A stretch of 64,000 nt of DNA from Trueperaceae bacterium (GTDB lineage: Bacteria; Deinococcota; Deinococci; Deinococcales; Trueperaceae): positions 32,001-96,000 of the forward strand of contig CBDCAM010000001.1 of NCBI GenBank assembly GCA_965213925.1, given 5' to 3'. A program made the position numbers and the translations under genes. Positions within the stretch are counted from its first letter, which is position 1. Every line of letters begins with the position of its first letter. Shown here one piece after another: positions 20,275 through 29,983 of this stretch. The notes beneath the pieces were generated by a model. It was given only the letters and a program-made list of their open reading frames with translations. It did no database searches and was not told where the DNA came from.

Positions 20275-20400
20275 ATGGTGTTTAAGCTTGGCGTACTCGG
20301 TGACGAGATAAGCTCGGATTTCAAGCACCTTTGTCGGTTTATGAAAGAGTGGAACATGCGACACGTGGAACTGCGTACCCTTCCGAGTCATGAGCATTAG
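20275..20400 (+). pseudogene. N-terminal remnant of a sugar phosphate isomerase/epimerase (TIM barrel)
   Basis: MVFKLGVLGDEISSDF......EW.MRHVELR after a GGGGGA RBS; ends at the IS insertion and would stop (CAT TAA) even without it. Confidence 0.6.
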
Positions 20401-21391
20401 AGTTGTTCCCCAATAGTGCATAAAAGGTGCTATGGTCATGAGATGGTAGAGAAGATACGAGATGAACGGCAACTCAAGGCTCTGACAGGTCTACCGAGAG
20501 ATAAGTTCGAGGTGCTCATAGCGGAGTTTGCACAGGTATATCAAGCAAGACAGCAGCAGGCTTATGAGCAAGCTCAAGCGCAAGGGATAAGACGACGCAA
20601 ACCCGGTGGTGGGCAGAAAGGGAAGCTGCCGGGGGCGGGAGACAAGCTGATGTTCGTGCTGTACTACTTCAAGAACTACCCGACCTTTGATGTATTGGGA
20701 ACCCAGTTTGACATGGCACGCTCAAAAGCCTGCGAGAACCTGCATAAGCTGACACCTGTACTGCACGAGACCCTGGCCGGGCTCGGGGTGCTACCTCGGC
20801 GGGAGTTCGAAAACGTCGAAGCGTTCAAGTTTGCGCTAGGTGATATAGACAAACTGCTCATCGACGTTACTGAGCGCCTCCACCGTCGTCCGAGTGAGAA
20901 CGAGCGGCAGCGCGAACTATACAGTGGTAAAAAAAGCGTCATACTCTGAAAAACACCGTCATGTCCTCAGCCGACAAACTGATTCTGTTCTTAGGTCACA
21001 CCTTTGTAGGCCGCACGCACGATTACAAGATGCTCAAAACAGAGTTTCCACCAGAACAGCCCTGGTTTCAAGCTGTTGAAGCTTTGTTCGACCTGGGCTA
21101 CCAAGGTATCTGCAAAGACTACCAGGGAGAAAAGCTCAGCCTTCCTCACAAGAAGCCGCGTAAGAGCAAAGCTAAGCCCGACCCCCAGCTCAGCAACGCG
21201 CAAAAACAAGCTAATCGGGCTTTGGCTAAGCTCAGAATCTTTGTTGAACATGCCATCGGTGGCATGAAAAGATACCGCATCTTGGTTGCTCCCTACCGCA
21301 ACCACAAGCCCAACTTCGAAGACGATGTCGCCGTCGTCTCAGCGGGCTTATGGAACTTCCTGCTCACTTGAGATTATTCGGGAACAACTCT
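20399..21391 (+). mobile_element. IS5-family insertion sequence (probably ISL2 group), 993 bp
   Basis: Terminal IRs AGAGTTGTTCCCCAATA / TATTCGGGAACAACTCT (1 mismatch); ATT target duplication at 20396-20398 and 21392-21394. Confidence 0.88.
20443..21371 (+). CDS. IS5-family transposase expressed via a -1 frameshift
   Basis: Two ORFs joined at A7G (20929-20936), restoring YSGKKKRHTLK; DDE residues in IDVTE, DLGYQG and VEHAIG. Confidence 0.85.
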
Positions 21392-21466
21392 ATTAAGCAA
21401 AAGCTCTTAAGTTTATCTGTCGATTTGTGAGGCTATGAATCCACCCGGAGGTAATATCTTACGCAG

Positions 21467-22333
21467 ATGAAAAGTCAATCGCAAGCACAGTCATCAGTGG
21501 CTCTACAAGCCAGCAAAAAGACCCTGTTACAGAAGACCCTGTTACAAAGGTGGAAACCACAGTACAAGATTGATGTCCACATGCACCTACCTGGTGCCAG
21601 CATTCCGTGGATTGACAGCAGTGATGATGTAGTTATGGCTGCGGAGTCACTGGGTATTCGGGAAATGTGGTGCTCTGTTCCCATCACAGGTGGACGAATT
21701 GCACCCCTTGCCGAAGTGCGCGCCTGCAATGACATTGTGTTGGAGGCTATACGCGACTACCCCAAGCTCGTGCGCGGTTACTGCTACATAGACCCCAGCA
21801 ATCCCCAGGCAGCGTTGGGAGAAATGGAACGTTGCCGCGCCGCTGGCATGATTGGCGTGAAACTTTATAATCAACTAAAAATTACAGATCCTCGAGTAGA
21901 ACCGATTGCTCGACGAGCACTTCAACTGGGTATGGTGATTCTAACGCATGCGGGTCACCTTCGTGAGCCCAAAGAGCTTGCAGCGCAACCTAATATCTCG
22001 GACGCTGCTGACATCTGCGCCTTTGCCGCCCGCTTCCCCAATCTACCTATTATTCAGGGGCACATTGGTGGCGGAGGAGATTGGGAGTGGACACTCCGGA
22101 CTTTACGAAACTGCGAAAATGTCTATCTTGATACGAGTGGGAGCGGGATTGATGCGGATATGGTGTTGCGCTGTGTCGAAGAATTAGGGGTGAACCGCGT
22201 CCTGTTTGCCACCGATACCTGGATGGAGGAAGGGGTCGGCAAAGTGGTCGGGGCAGAACTGACTGCTAAAGAGCGTGACCAAGTGTTTTACCTAAATGCC
22301 CAGGCACTCCTCAACAAGCTGAGCGCGAGGTAG
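21467..22333 (+). CDS. Amidohydrolase family 2 protein
   Basis: IDVHMH, GVKLY, THAG, GHIGGG, NVYLDTSG, VLFATD; 15-bp tandem duplication at 21518-21547. Confidence 0.88.
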   Translation: MKSQSQAQSSVALQASKKTLLQKTLLQRWKPQYKIDVHMHLPGASIPWIDSSDDVVMAAESLGIREMWCSVPITGGRIAPLAEVRACNDIVLEAIRDYPKLVRGYCYIDPSNPQAALGEMERCRAAGMIGVKLYNQLKITDPRVEPIARRALQLGMVILTHAGHLREPKELAAQPNISDAADICAFAARFPNLPIIQGHIGGGGDWEWTLRTLRNCENVYLDTSGSGIDADMVLRCVEELGVNRVLFATDTWMEEGVGKVVGAELTAKERDQVFYLNAQALLNKLSAR

Positions 22334-22366
22334 CGTTAGCGGCAGCGACATCAAACCTGGAGATGC

Positions 22367-23182
22367 GTGACTGACATCAATGTAATGCTGGGACCTTATC
22401 CTTTCCGTGATCTAGTAGCCACGGACGTTTCTAATATTTGCGCTTTACTAGGGAAAGTTGGCGTTCGTGCCGCAATCGTAGGAGCAACCCCCACCCTTTT
22501 GTACCGTGACGTTTACCGTGGGCATCGTTTGGCATTCCAGGACATTAAAGCCACTAAAATATCCGGTGAAATTTCACTCTATCCGACTCTGACGGTTAAC
22601 CCTTTAAGTCCTGATTGGCAACGCGACCTCGAGGAAACGCTAGCCGGTCGCGGTCCCGCAGCAGGCTCAGTAGGTCTCCGTCTTTATCCGTCCTACCACC
22701 AGTACCATTTGACTGACTCTGTAACAAGCTTAGTTGCACATGCGGCCGTTGAGCGTAAGCTACCTCTGCTACTGACTCAGCGAATTGAAGACAGGCGTCA
22801 ACGTCATCCCTGGGACAGAGCCAGCGACCTGTCGATAACCGAGGTCGTTCGCTTTGCAGAAAAGCATCCTGGTCTGAAACTTGCTTTGCTAAATTGGCTT
22901 GACTTTGGTCCGCTTCATGCAGGCTACTACCTGCAGATGAAACGCCTTGCTGAAAATGCCTGCTTACTGATTGACCCGACCAGAGCCAGCGTCCTTATCC
23001 GTAAGCACCTCCCGCGCCTGCTTGATACTTTGGGAATTGAAACGCTTGCTTACGGCTCCGCTACCCCCTTTCTCGCTGCGGAACCAACACTGCTAAAGCT
23101 CGACCTTTTGGGTCTGACAGCTGCTGAGCGGCAAAGTGTAGCATGGAAAAATGCATCTGTATTTTTTGGTCTTCAGCCTTGA
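22367..23182 (+). CDS. Amidohydrolase-fold protein with degenerate metal site
   Basis: DINVMLG.YPFR (no HxH), RLYP.YH.Y, EDRRQRHPW, YGS..PF, W.NA. Confidence 0.75.
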   Translation: MTDINVMLGPYPFRDLVATDVSNICALLGKVGVRAAIVGATPTLLYRDVYRGHRLAFQDIKATKISGEISLYPTLTVNPLSPDWQRDLEETLAGRGPAAGSVGLRLYPSYHQYHLTDSVTSLVAHAAVERKLPLLLTQRIEDRRQRHPWDRASDLSITEVVRFAEKHPGLKLALLNWLDFGPLHAGYYLQMKRLAENACLLIDPTRASVLIRKHLPRLLDTLGIETLAYGSATPFLAAEPTLLKLDLLGLTAAERQSVAWKNASVFFGLQP

Positions 23183-23538
23183 TGGGGTTTTAACAGAAAC
23201 CGGAGAGCACAAAAAACCGTGGGAGCTGTGCTTCTGGTCACACGACCGCTTTGTCAGCAAGGGCGTAAAAAGCAGGTGGGGAACAGAAGCCTGACGACAC
23301 CGATTTGTGCGCTCAGAAGGTCATATCCCACACTTTTTTGTGCTCTCGTTTCCCACCGCCTCGTCGTTCGGGACTCGAGCGGGAAATGACATGAAGCTGA
23401 CAGCCCAACCTCACACTGGAGTATGCTTGTGACGATCGAGACACCGACCGAGTGGCGTTGGTTTTGGCGAGAGGAGGTGGTCGGTTAAACTGTGGGGGCA
23501 CGAAGCAAGGAAACTATGTCTAGTCTGGGAGGTATAGC

Positions 23539-24894
23539 ATGTTGCAACGCTTGAGTGTAAAAGTTTTGAGTCTGTTAATCGGTCTAGTGGTTTTTGCCGC
23601 ACCCGCCTTTTCTCAAACCCTGACCATTACCTGCCGCTGCGTGGCGGACGGCGTAAACAGTCAGTTGGCGCAGTGGCTTCGAGAGGACGTCATTCCGACC
23701 TTTGAAGAAGAGCACCCCAACGTTACGGTCGAACTTGCCGAGTTCGGCGGTAGTGACGAGCAACTTAAAGAACAGTACGCCCTCGACCTCTCAGTCGGTG
23801 CGGGTGCAGACGTTCTCGCCTTCGACGGCTTCTGGGTGCCCGAGTTCGTGGCGTCGGGCAGCCTCAAACCGCTGTCCGAGGTAAGCACGGCAGCCGCGGA
23901 CTGGGAAGGTTGGAGCCACATCCCTGAAGGCTTGCAAGCGCTTATGAGTTTTGACGGCGAACGCTACGGCGTTGCCCTCGGCACCGACTACCGGATGCTT
24001 TTCTACCGCAAAGACTTACTCGAGCAAGCCGGGGTCGAAAACGCCGACAACTGGCAACCCACCTCTTGGGAAGAGCTGCTCGACACCGCCCGCAAGGTCA
24101 AAGAGGCCATGCCCGACTCGGCACCGCTGCAAATTAACGCGGGCACCGCGATGGGCGAGGCGACCACCATGCAGGGGTACTACCCGCTGCTCTTGGGCAC
24201 CGGGCACTTTCTGACCGACGAGAACGGCAACTGGATCGTTCGCAGTCAGGGCATCCTCGACGCGCTCAACCTTTATAAAACCATCTACGTGGATGAAGAA
24301 CTCGGCGACCCACGGTTGCAACTTCTCCAGGACGGACGCAACCAGAGCTTTGCCAACTTCCGCGACGGTGACACGGCGATTTTGCTCGAGGGCGACTACT
24401 TTTACCGTGGCCCCACCGCACCCGACCAGGAGTTCGCGGTTGCAAACCGCGACGAGGTGATGGGTTGGGCCGAGATTCCCGCCGAAGAGCCGGGGGCGGG
24501 CTTTCGCGGTCAGGACTTCGTGACCGTTTCGGGCGGTACCGGCTTCGTCATCAACCCCAACACCGAGAATCCCGACCTGGCCTGGGAACTCTTAGCCACC
24601 ATGAACAGCCAGGAATCTTTAATGGCGGCGCAGGAAATTCAGCCGCGCATCCGCGTCCGCGACGACGTGCCGGTGCCGGACAGCCCGTTCCTAACCGAAA
24701 CCGCCGAAGCGCTCGGACCGCTCACCACCGCACGCCCCAACCTGGCAATCTACCCCGAAATCTCCTACGAAGCGCAGCTCATGACCGAGCGCGTCGTGTC
24801 CGGTGAGATGAGCCCCGAAGAGGCGATGGACGCTTACGCGCAGGCGGTGACTGACCTCGTCGGTGAAGAGAACGTCGTTGACATGATGCAGTAA
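23539..24894 (+). CDS. Carbohydrate ABC transporter substrate-binding protein
   Basis: Signal peptide ending AFS, FEEEHPNV.V, FYRKDLL.QAG, PTSWEELLD; GGAGG RBS. Confidence 0.92.
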   Translation: MLQRLSVKVLSLLIGLVVFAAPAFSQTLTITCRCVADGVNSQLAQWLREDVIPTFEEEHPNVTVELAEFGGSDEQLKEQYALDLSVGAGADVLAFDGFWVPEFVASGSLKPLSEVSTAAADWEGWSHIPEGLQALMSFDGERYGVALGTDYRMLFYRKDLLEQAGVENADNWQPTSWEELLDTARKVKEAMPDSAPLQINAGTAMGEATTMQGYYPLLLGTGHFLTDENGNWIVRSQGILDALNLYKTIYVDEELGDPRLQLLQDGRNQSFANFRDGDTAILLEGDYFYRGPTAPDQEFAVANRDEVMGWAEIPAEEPGAGFRGQDFVTVSGGTGFVINPNTENPDLAWELLATMNSQESLMAAQEIQPRIRVRDDVPVPDSPFLTETAEALGPLTTARPNLAIYPEISYEAQLMTERVVSGEMSPEEAMDAYAQAVTDLVGEENVVDMMQ

Positions 24895-24924
24895 TAGGAT
24901 GTAGTAACAATGCCGTAATGCCTC

Positions 24925-24952
24925 GAGAGGACTGAAGTGTCTCAGTCCTCTC
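24925..24952 (+). terminator. Stem-loop downstream of the binding-protein gene
   Basis: GAGAGGACTGA-6 nt-TCAGTCCTCTC, perfect 11-bp stem. Confidence 0.6.
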
Positions 24953-24982
24953 TACCCACCGGATGATGGAGGTGCTGACTCG

Positions 24983-25552
24983 GTGCAAAAAACGACGGCG
25001 CAGAGAAAGACAGCGCAGAAAGTCGAGGTCGTCCCCCACGATCCGGCGTGGCGAGAGGCGTTCGGTGCTGAATCACAACGCGTTGCCGAAGCGTTGGGCA
25101 GCAACGTCACCGGGGTGCATCACATCGGCAGCACCGCCATTCCGGGGATTTTTGCCAAACCCATTATCGACATGCTAATCGAGGTCGAGGACATCCTCGA
25201 GGTGGACCCCAAAAACGCAGCAATGGCAGGGCTCGGTTACGAGGCGATGGGCGAATACGGTCTCCCTGGTCGCCGTTATTTTCGCAAGGAAGATTCACAG
25301 GATATTAGAACGCACCACGTCCACGTGTTCGAGCGCGGCACGGCGGCGGTGGCGCGTCATCTAGCCTTCCGCGACTATCTGAGGGTGCATTTGGGCGAGG
25401 CGCAGGCGTACAGCGACCTCAAACGCGAGTTGGCTCGAGCCTACCCTGACGACATAGAGAGCTATATGGACGGCAAAGACGCCTTTGTCAAAGAGGTCGA
25501 GCGGCGGGCGGCGCGGTGGCGTGCCTTGTCAGGGAACAGCGCACCGAGCTAA
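24983..25552 (+). CDS. GrpB (UPF0157) nucleotidyltransferase-fold protein
   Basis: HHIGSTAIPG..AKPIID, GY...GE.G..GRRYFRK, HH.HVF, FRDYLR, Y..LK, Y..GK. Confidence 0.92.
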   Translation: MQKTTAQRKTAQKVEVVPHDPAWREAFGAESQRVAEALGSNVTGVHHIGSTAIPGIFAKPIIDMLIEVEDILEVDPKNAAMAGLGYEAMGEYGLPGRRYFRKEDSQDIRTHHVHVFERGTAAVARHLAFRDYLRVHLGEAQAYSDLKRELARAYPDDIESYMDGKDAFVKEVERRAARWRALSGNSAPS

Positions 25553-25554
25553 GG

Positions 25555-26460
25555 ATGCAGCGCCGCAGCATCCTTTCTTTGCCGACCGGGCTCCTTTTTC
25601 TCTTGCCCGCCGGGGTCTTCGTCTTTGTTTTTATCATCCTGCCCTTTTTCTGGATTGCCGCGGTCAGCTTTACGAACCGCACGCTCACCGGGCGCACCGC
25701 CGTCGACCCGGAATTTGTAGGGTTTGCCAACTACCTGCGCCTGTTCGACCCGGACAGCTTCATGCGGGCGGGCGAGTTCGGTTCGTCGCTGCTGATTACC
25801 GGGCAGTTCGTATTTTTTTCGGCCCTCATGGGGCAGGCGCTGCTCGGGTTACTGCTCGCTTATTTTTTCTACGGACGGCGCGGTGCTGTGCAGGGTACGG
25901 TGCAAACCCTGGCGATTCTCGCCTGGATCATGCCGGACGTGGTGGTGGCGTTCGCCTGGTTCGCGTTTCTCGACTATGACGCTGGCACTCTCAACCAAAT
26001 CTTCAGCAGTTTGGGGCTGGGGCGACCCGACTGGCTGTTGCGCCTGCCGCTCTTCTCAATTATTATCTTCAACATCTGGCGGGGTACTGCTTTTTCGATG
26101 TTGCTCTTTTCTTCGGCGCTCGGTTCGATTCCGCCGAGCCACTTGGAGACCGCTTCGGTCGCCGGAGCGACGGCTTGGCAGAAGCTACGCGACATTATTT
26201 TACCGCTCATCCGCACGCACATCGTCACCGACCTTATTTTGATAACGCTGTGGAGCTTCAACACGTTTACGCCCTTTTTGCTGACCGGCGGGGGTCCGGC
26301 GTTCAAGACCGACGTGGTGGCGATTTTCACCTACCGGGAGGCGTTCAAGTTCTTTCGCTTTGGCGAAGGGAGTGCGGTCGGCATGGTGATGATGCTCATC
26401 AACCTGGGTTTCGCACTCGTCTACCTGGCTGTTTTGCGCCGGGGCGAGGCGCGGGCATGA
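25555..26460 (+). CDS. Carbohydrate ABC transporter permease
   Basis: FVG.ANY, E.A.V.GA..WQ EAA loop, LT.GGP. Confidence 0.93.
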   Translation: MQRRSILSLPTGLLFLLPAGVFVFVFIILPFFWIAAVSFTNRTLTGRTAVDPEFVGFANYLRLFDPDSFMRAGEFGSSLLITGQFVFFSALMGQALLGLLLAYFFYGRRGAVQGTVQTLAILAWIMPDVVVAFAWFAFLDYDAGTLNQIFSSLGLGRPDWLLRLPLFSIIIFNIWRGTAFSMLLFSSALGSIPPSHLETASVAGATAWQKLRDIILPLIRTHIVTDLILITLWSFNTFTPFLLTGGGPAFKTDVVAIFTYREAFKFFRFGEGSAVGMVMMLINLGFALVYLAVLRRGEARA

Positions 26461-27284
26461 CCTTTCGCGCGATTCTCACCCGTATTGGCTTTTACGTGGG
26501 GGCGGTGCTGTTCTCGAGCTTTTTCGCCCTGCCGCTGCTCTGGCTCGTGTTCGCGCCTTTCAACCGGCTGGCGACCCTGTCGGTACGGGTGCCTGAAAGG
26601 TGGACGCTTGCCAACTTCGGCGAGGTGTTCGCCAACACCTTTGCGCTGCGCGCACTTGTTCAAAACAGCGTGATACAGGCGGCGGGAGCCATGCTCCTGA
26701 TCACCCTGTTTGCCACCCTCGCCGCTTACGCGCTGTCACGGGCGCGCATCCCCGGCAGCGACCTGCTCAGTTACGGTCTGGTGCTGTTCTCGTCGGTGGT
26801 GACCGGCACAGCGGCGATGGTGCCGATTTTCCTGCTCATCTTCCGGCTCGGTCTGATCGACACGCACCTGGGCGTCATCCTCGTCTTTACGGGCGGACTG
26901 CTGCCCGCTGCAATTTTCATCATGCGGGACTTTGTGGACTCGGTGCCCCGCTCTTACGAGGAGTCGGCGCTGGTCGCGGGTGCCGGACCGTGGCGCGTCT
27001 TTAACGACATCGCGCTGCCTATCGTCCGCCCCGGCATGATGGTGGTGGCGGTGTGGGCGTTTGTAAACGTGTGGGGCGGCTTTCTGATTCCGTTTATCCT
27101 GCTACGCAGCTCTGAAAAGATGCCCGCCTCGGTCGCCATCTACTCGTTTTACACCGAAGCGGGTACGCCCCTGATCACGCTCACGGCGGCCTATTCGCTG
27201 CTCTACACGCTGCCGGTTCTTCTCTTGTATTTGTTCGTGAACTGGCGCTACGGCTTCCGCTTTTTCGGGGGTATCAAAGCGTGA
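26457..27284 (+). CDS. Carbohydrate ABC transporter permease
   Basis: ATGA overlap with the preceding stop; AAYALSR, EESALVAGA, LP.VRPG. Confidence 0.93.
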   Translation: MTFRAILTRIGFYVGAVLFSSFFALPLLWLVFAPFNRLATLSVRVPERWTLANFGEVFANTFALRALVQNSVIQAAGAMLLITLFATLAAYALSRARIPGSDLLSYGLVLFSSVVTGTAAMVPIFLLIFRLGLIDTHLGVILVFTGGLLPAAIFIMRDFVDSVPRSYEESALVAGAGPWRVFNDIALPIVRPGMMVVAVWAFVNVWGGFLIPFILLRSSEKMPASVAIYSFYTEAGTPLITLTAAYSLLYTLPVLLLYLFVNWRYGFRFFGGIKA

Positions 27285-27302
27285 GAAGGGCTGCCCGCCG
27301 CG

Positions 27303-28391
27303 ATGGCTAAGGTCGCGTTTCAGAACATCAGCAAGCACTTTGGAACGGTCAAGGCGGTTGACGACGTTTCATTCGAGATAGATGACGGCGAGTTCATCTG
27401 TCTGCTCGGTCCCTCGGGCTGCGGCAAGACGACCAGCCTGCGTATGGTCGCCGGACTCGAGCCCCCCACCGAAGGTCGCATCCTTATCGGCGACACCGAC
27501 GTGACGAAGTTGCCCCCCAAAGACCGCGACATCGGCATGGTGTTTCAAGACTACGCGCTGTACCCGCACATGACGATTGCCGACAACATCACCTATCCCC
27601 TCAAAGTGCGCGGCGCAAGTAGTGAGGAGCGTCGCCGCCGCGCCGCCGAGGTGGCAAAAAGCTTGCAAATCGGGCAGCTACTCGACCGCCGCCCCGGTCA
27701 GATTTCGGGGGGACAACAGCAGCGCACCTCGGTCGCCCGCGCGGTGGTGCATAAACCGCAAGTCTTTTTGTTCGATGAGCCCTTGTCTAACCTCGACGCG
27801 AAGTTGCGGCTCGAGGCGCGCAGCTTTCTCAAACACTTACAACAAGAACTCGGCGTGACCGCTATTTACGTGACCCACGACCAGGCTGAGGCGATGGCCT
27901 TGGCCGACCGCATCGCGGTGATGGAAAGCGGCAAAATCGTTCAGATGGGACCGCCTTTGGAGGTTTACCGGCGACCGGCGAACACCTTCGTCGCCAACTT
28001 TATCGGCAGCCCACCGATGAACTTGCTCCCGGTGCAGGTTGAAGGAAGGGGCAAGACACGCCACTTCGTCACCGACGGCTTCAGGCTCGAGGCTTCTGCC
28101 CTGGCACATCGCTTGGAAGCTTTTGCCGACGGCGCGAGTCTCACCCTCGGCGTCCGTCCCGAGCACTTGCGTTTAGGCCGTGAAGGCGAAGCGTGGACAC
28201 TCCCTGGCAACCTGTACGCCACCGAACCGCTCGGTCCCGAAACGCTTGTCACGCTCACGGTCGGCGAGGGGCTGGTGACGGCTCGCCTGTTCGGTGATGA
28301 CCCCCCTGAAGTCAGCGGGCGCACCTTTTTACAGCTCGAGCCCGAACACCTTCACCTGTTCGGTGAGGACGGACGGCGGCTCGAGTCTTGA
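27303..28391 (+). CDS. Carbohydrate ABC transporter ATP-binding protein (MalK/UgpC-like)
   Basis: GPSGCGKTT, VFQDYALYPHM, ISGGQQQR, DEPLSNLDAKLR, FIGSPPMN, LGVRPEH. Confidence 0.95.
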   Translation: MAKVAFQNISKHFGTVKAVDDVSFEIDDGEFICLLGPSGCGKTTSLRMVAGLEPPTEGRILIGDTDVTKLPPKDRDIGMVFQDYALYPHMTIADNITYPLKVRGASSEERRRRAAEVAKSLQIGQLLDRRPGQISGGQQQRTSVARAVVHKPQVFLFDEPLSNLDAKLRLEARSFLKHLQQELGVTAIYVTHDQAEAMALADRIAVMESGKIVQMGPPLEVYRRPANTFVANFIGSPPMNLLPVQVEGRGKTRHFVTDGFRLEASALAHRLEAFADGASLTLGVRPEHLRLGREGEAWTLPGNLYATEPLGPETLVTLTVGEGLVTARLFGDDPPEVSGRTFLQLEPEHLHLFGEDGRRLES

Positions 28392-29824
28392 CCCGAGCCG
28401 TTGAGAGCAAAACGTTCGAGGGTACCCTCACCCCTGCTGAGCGTGCCAGGAGCCCTTATCTCTATCTTCCCTTCGAGGTGCCCCCTGGTATGACCCGCCT
28501 CGACATGAGCTACAGCTTCGACGAAGAGAACAGCATCCTCGACCTCGGTCTGTTCGACCCTACCCTGGGACCTTTTCCGTCACGCAGCGGCTTTCGCGGC
28601 TGGAGCGGCAGCGCGAGGCGTGAGGTGTACGTCGCGCGAGACGGGGCGACACCCGGCTATATTCCCGGTGAGATTGTGCCGGGAACCTGGCAGGTCGTGT
28701 TCGGCCTGGCGCGGGTTCTCGACGGCTGTCGCTACCGGGTCGAGGTCGGTTGGGACGACGCGCCCCGGCCCCTTGTGGCACCCGTGAGGCGTGTGGGCGT
28801 GGCTCGAGCTAACCCCGGACTTTACCGCGGTGATTTGCAAAGCCATACCTTTTACAGCGATGCTAAGGGCTCACCAGAAGACCTCGTTGCCGTTGCCAAA
28901 GAGCGTAGCCTCGACTTTCTTGCCGTCACCGACCACAACACGAACAGCCATCACCGCAAGTTGGGAGAGTTGAGTTCACCTGACCTCCTGCTGATTCCAG
29001 GTGAGGAGATTACGACTTACCGAGGTCATGCGAACGTCTGGGGGGTAGACGGTTGGGTCGACTTTCGGGTTGAGCAAGAGGAATATTTAGACGTGCTCGT
29101 CGACTACGTTCACGCTCGAGGCGGCCTCTTTTCGGTCAATCATCCCAAAGCCACCCCGAACTGCCTCGGCTGCGATTGGGAGTACGAAGTTCCTAGTGCG
29201 ACCGACAGCTTAGAAGCCTGGCAGGGACCGTGGGCATACCAAAACTGGGAATCTCTATCGCGCTACGACGTCCTATTGCGTCAAGGGCGACGCCTTGCAC
29301 TCGTCGGTGGCAGCGACCGTCACCAGCCCGGCTACCCCGATACCGACCCGACCTTTTTGCAAGTCGGCTCACCTACGACCTGGCTCTGGCTGGACGACCT
29401 CTCCGTCGCCAGCATTTTGAAGGCGGTAAAGACCGGACGCGGTTTTGTCAGCGAAAGCCCTAACGGCCCTCGGCTCGAGCTGCGCGTTGGGGGGCAGGAA
29501 ATGGGCGACACTCTGCAGCGTGCGCCCGGTAACGCGGTGACCGCAAGTGCTCGAGTCGAAGGTGCACAGGGCGACCTGCTTCGCTGGGTCGGAAGCGAGG
29601 GTGTAGTACGCGAGACGGTTATAGATGCAGAACATTTCTCAGACGAATGGCAGTGGCAGGTCGCGGGACGCTATATTCGGCTCGAGGTGGTTGCCAAAGC
29701 TTCACTGCCTTTTTTCAAAGCAGAACTCGCGCGGCTCGAGCAAGTTAAAGAACGACCAAACTTTCTTTCTATCTTAGAGCAGCCCTGGAGGCGCGCCCTG
29801 AGTAACCCAGTTTATGTTTCGTGA
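28388..29824 (+). CDS. CehA/McbA-like PHP-domain metallohydrolase
   Basis: FRGWSG N-terminal domain, GDLQSHT..SD, TDHN, GEE.T..GHAN, NHP, GGSD.H, SNPVY. Confidence 0.82.
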   Translation: MTRAVESKTFEGTLTPAERARSPYLYLPFEVPPGMTRLDMSYSFDEENSILDLGLFDPTLGPFPSRSGFRGWSGSARREVYVARDGATPGYIPGEIVPGTWQVVFGLARVLDGCRYRVEVGWDDAPRPLVAPVRRVGVARANPGLYRGDLQSHTFYSDAKGSPEDLVAVAKERSLDFLAVTDHNTNSHHRKLGELSSPDLLLIPGEEITTYRGHANVWGVDGWVDFRVEQEEYLDVLVDYVHARGGLFSVNHPKATPNCLGCDWEYEVPSATDSLEAWQGPWAYQNWESLSRYDVLLRQGRRLALVGGSDRHQPGYPDTDPTFLQVGSPTTWLWLDDLSVASILKAVKTGRGFVSESPNGPRLELRVGGQEMGDTLQRAPGNAVTASARVEGAQGDLLRWVGSEGVVRETVIDAEHFSDEWQWQVAGRYIRLEVVAKASLPFFKAELARLEQVKERPNFLSILEQPWRRALSNPVYVS

Positions 29825-29983
29825 CAGTTCGCTCTGGAACAGATAAATTCTAATCTCATTCATGTTTTGCCTTTACTCAAAACTACGTGAGACACGTATA
29901 ATTTGCCGAGGTGCTATTTCATCAATCCCCTCAAGCTTGTGTCTACCGCGGCGTTCTCACCTTGGGGTTTTTGGCCCAACGCC

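Noticed and set aside
20929..20936. IS5 and IS3 transposases as pseudogenes
   Set aside because: The breaks fall on A-rich slippery runs (A7G here, A10 at 47510-47519) typical of programmed -1 frameshifting
9..23182. Aminoglycoside or other antibiotic biosynthetic cluster
   Set aside because: No glycosyltransferase, cyclitol synthase, NDP-sugar enzyme, exporter or resistance gene in the window, and the transporter is an importer; genes left of the window are unseen
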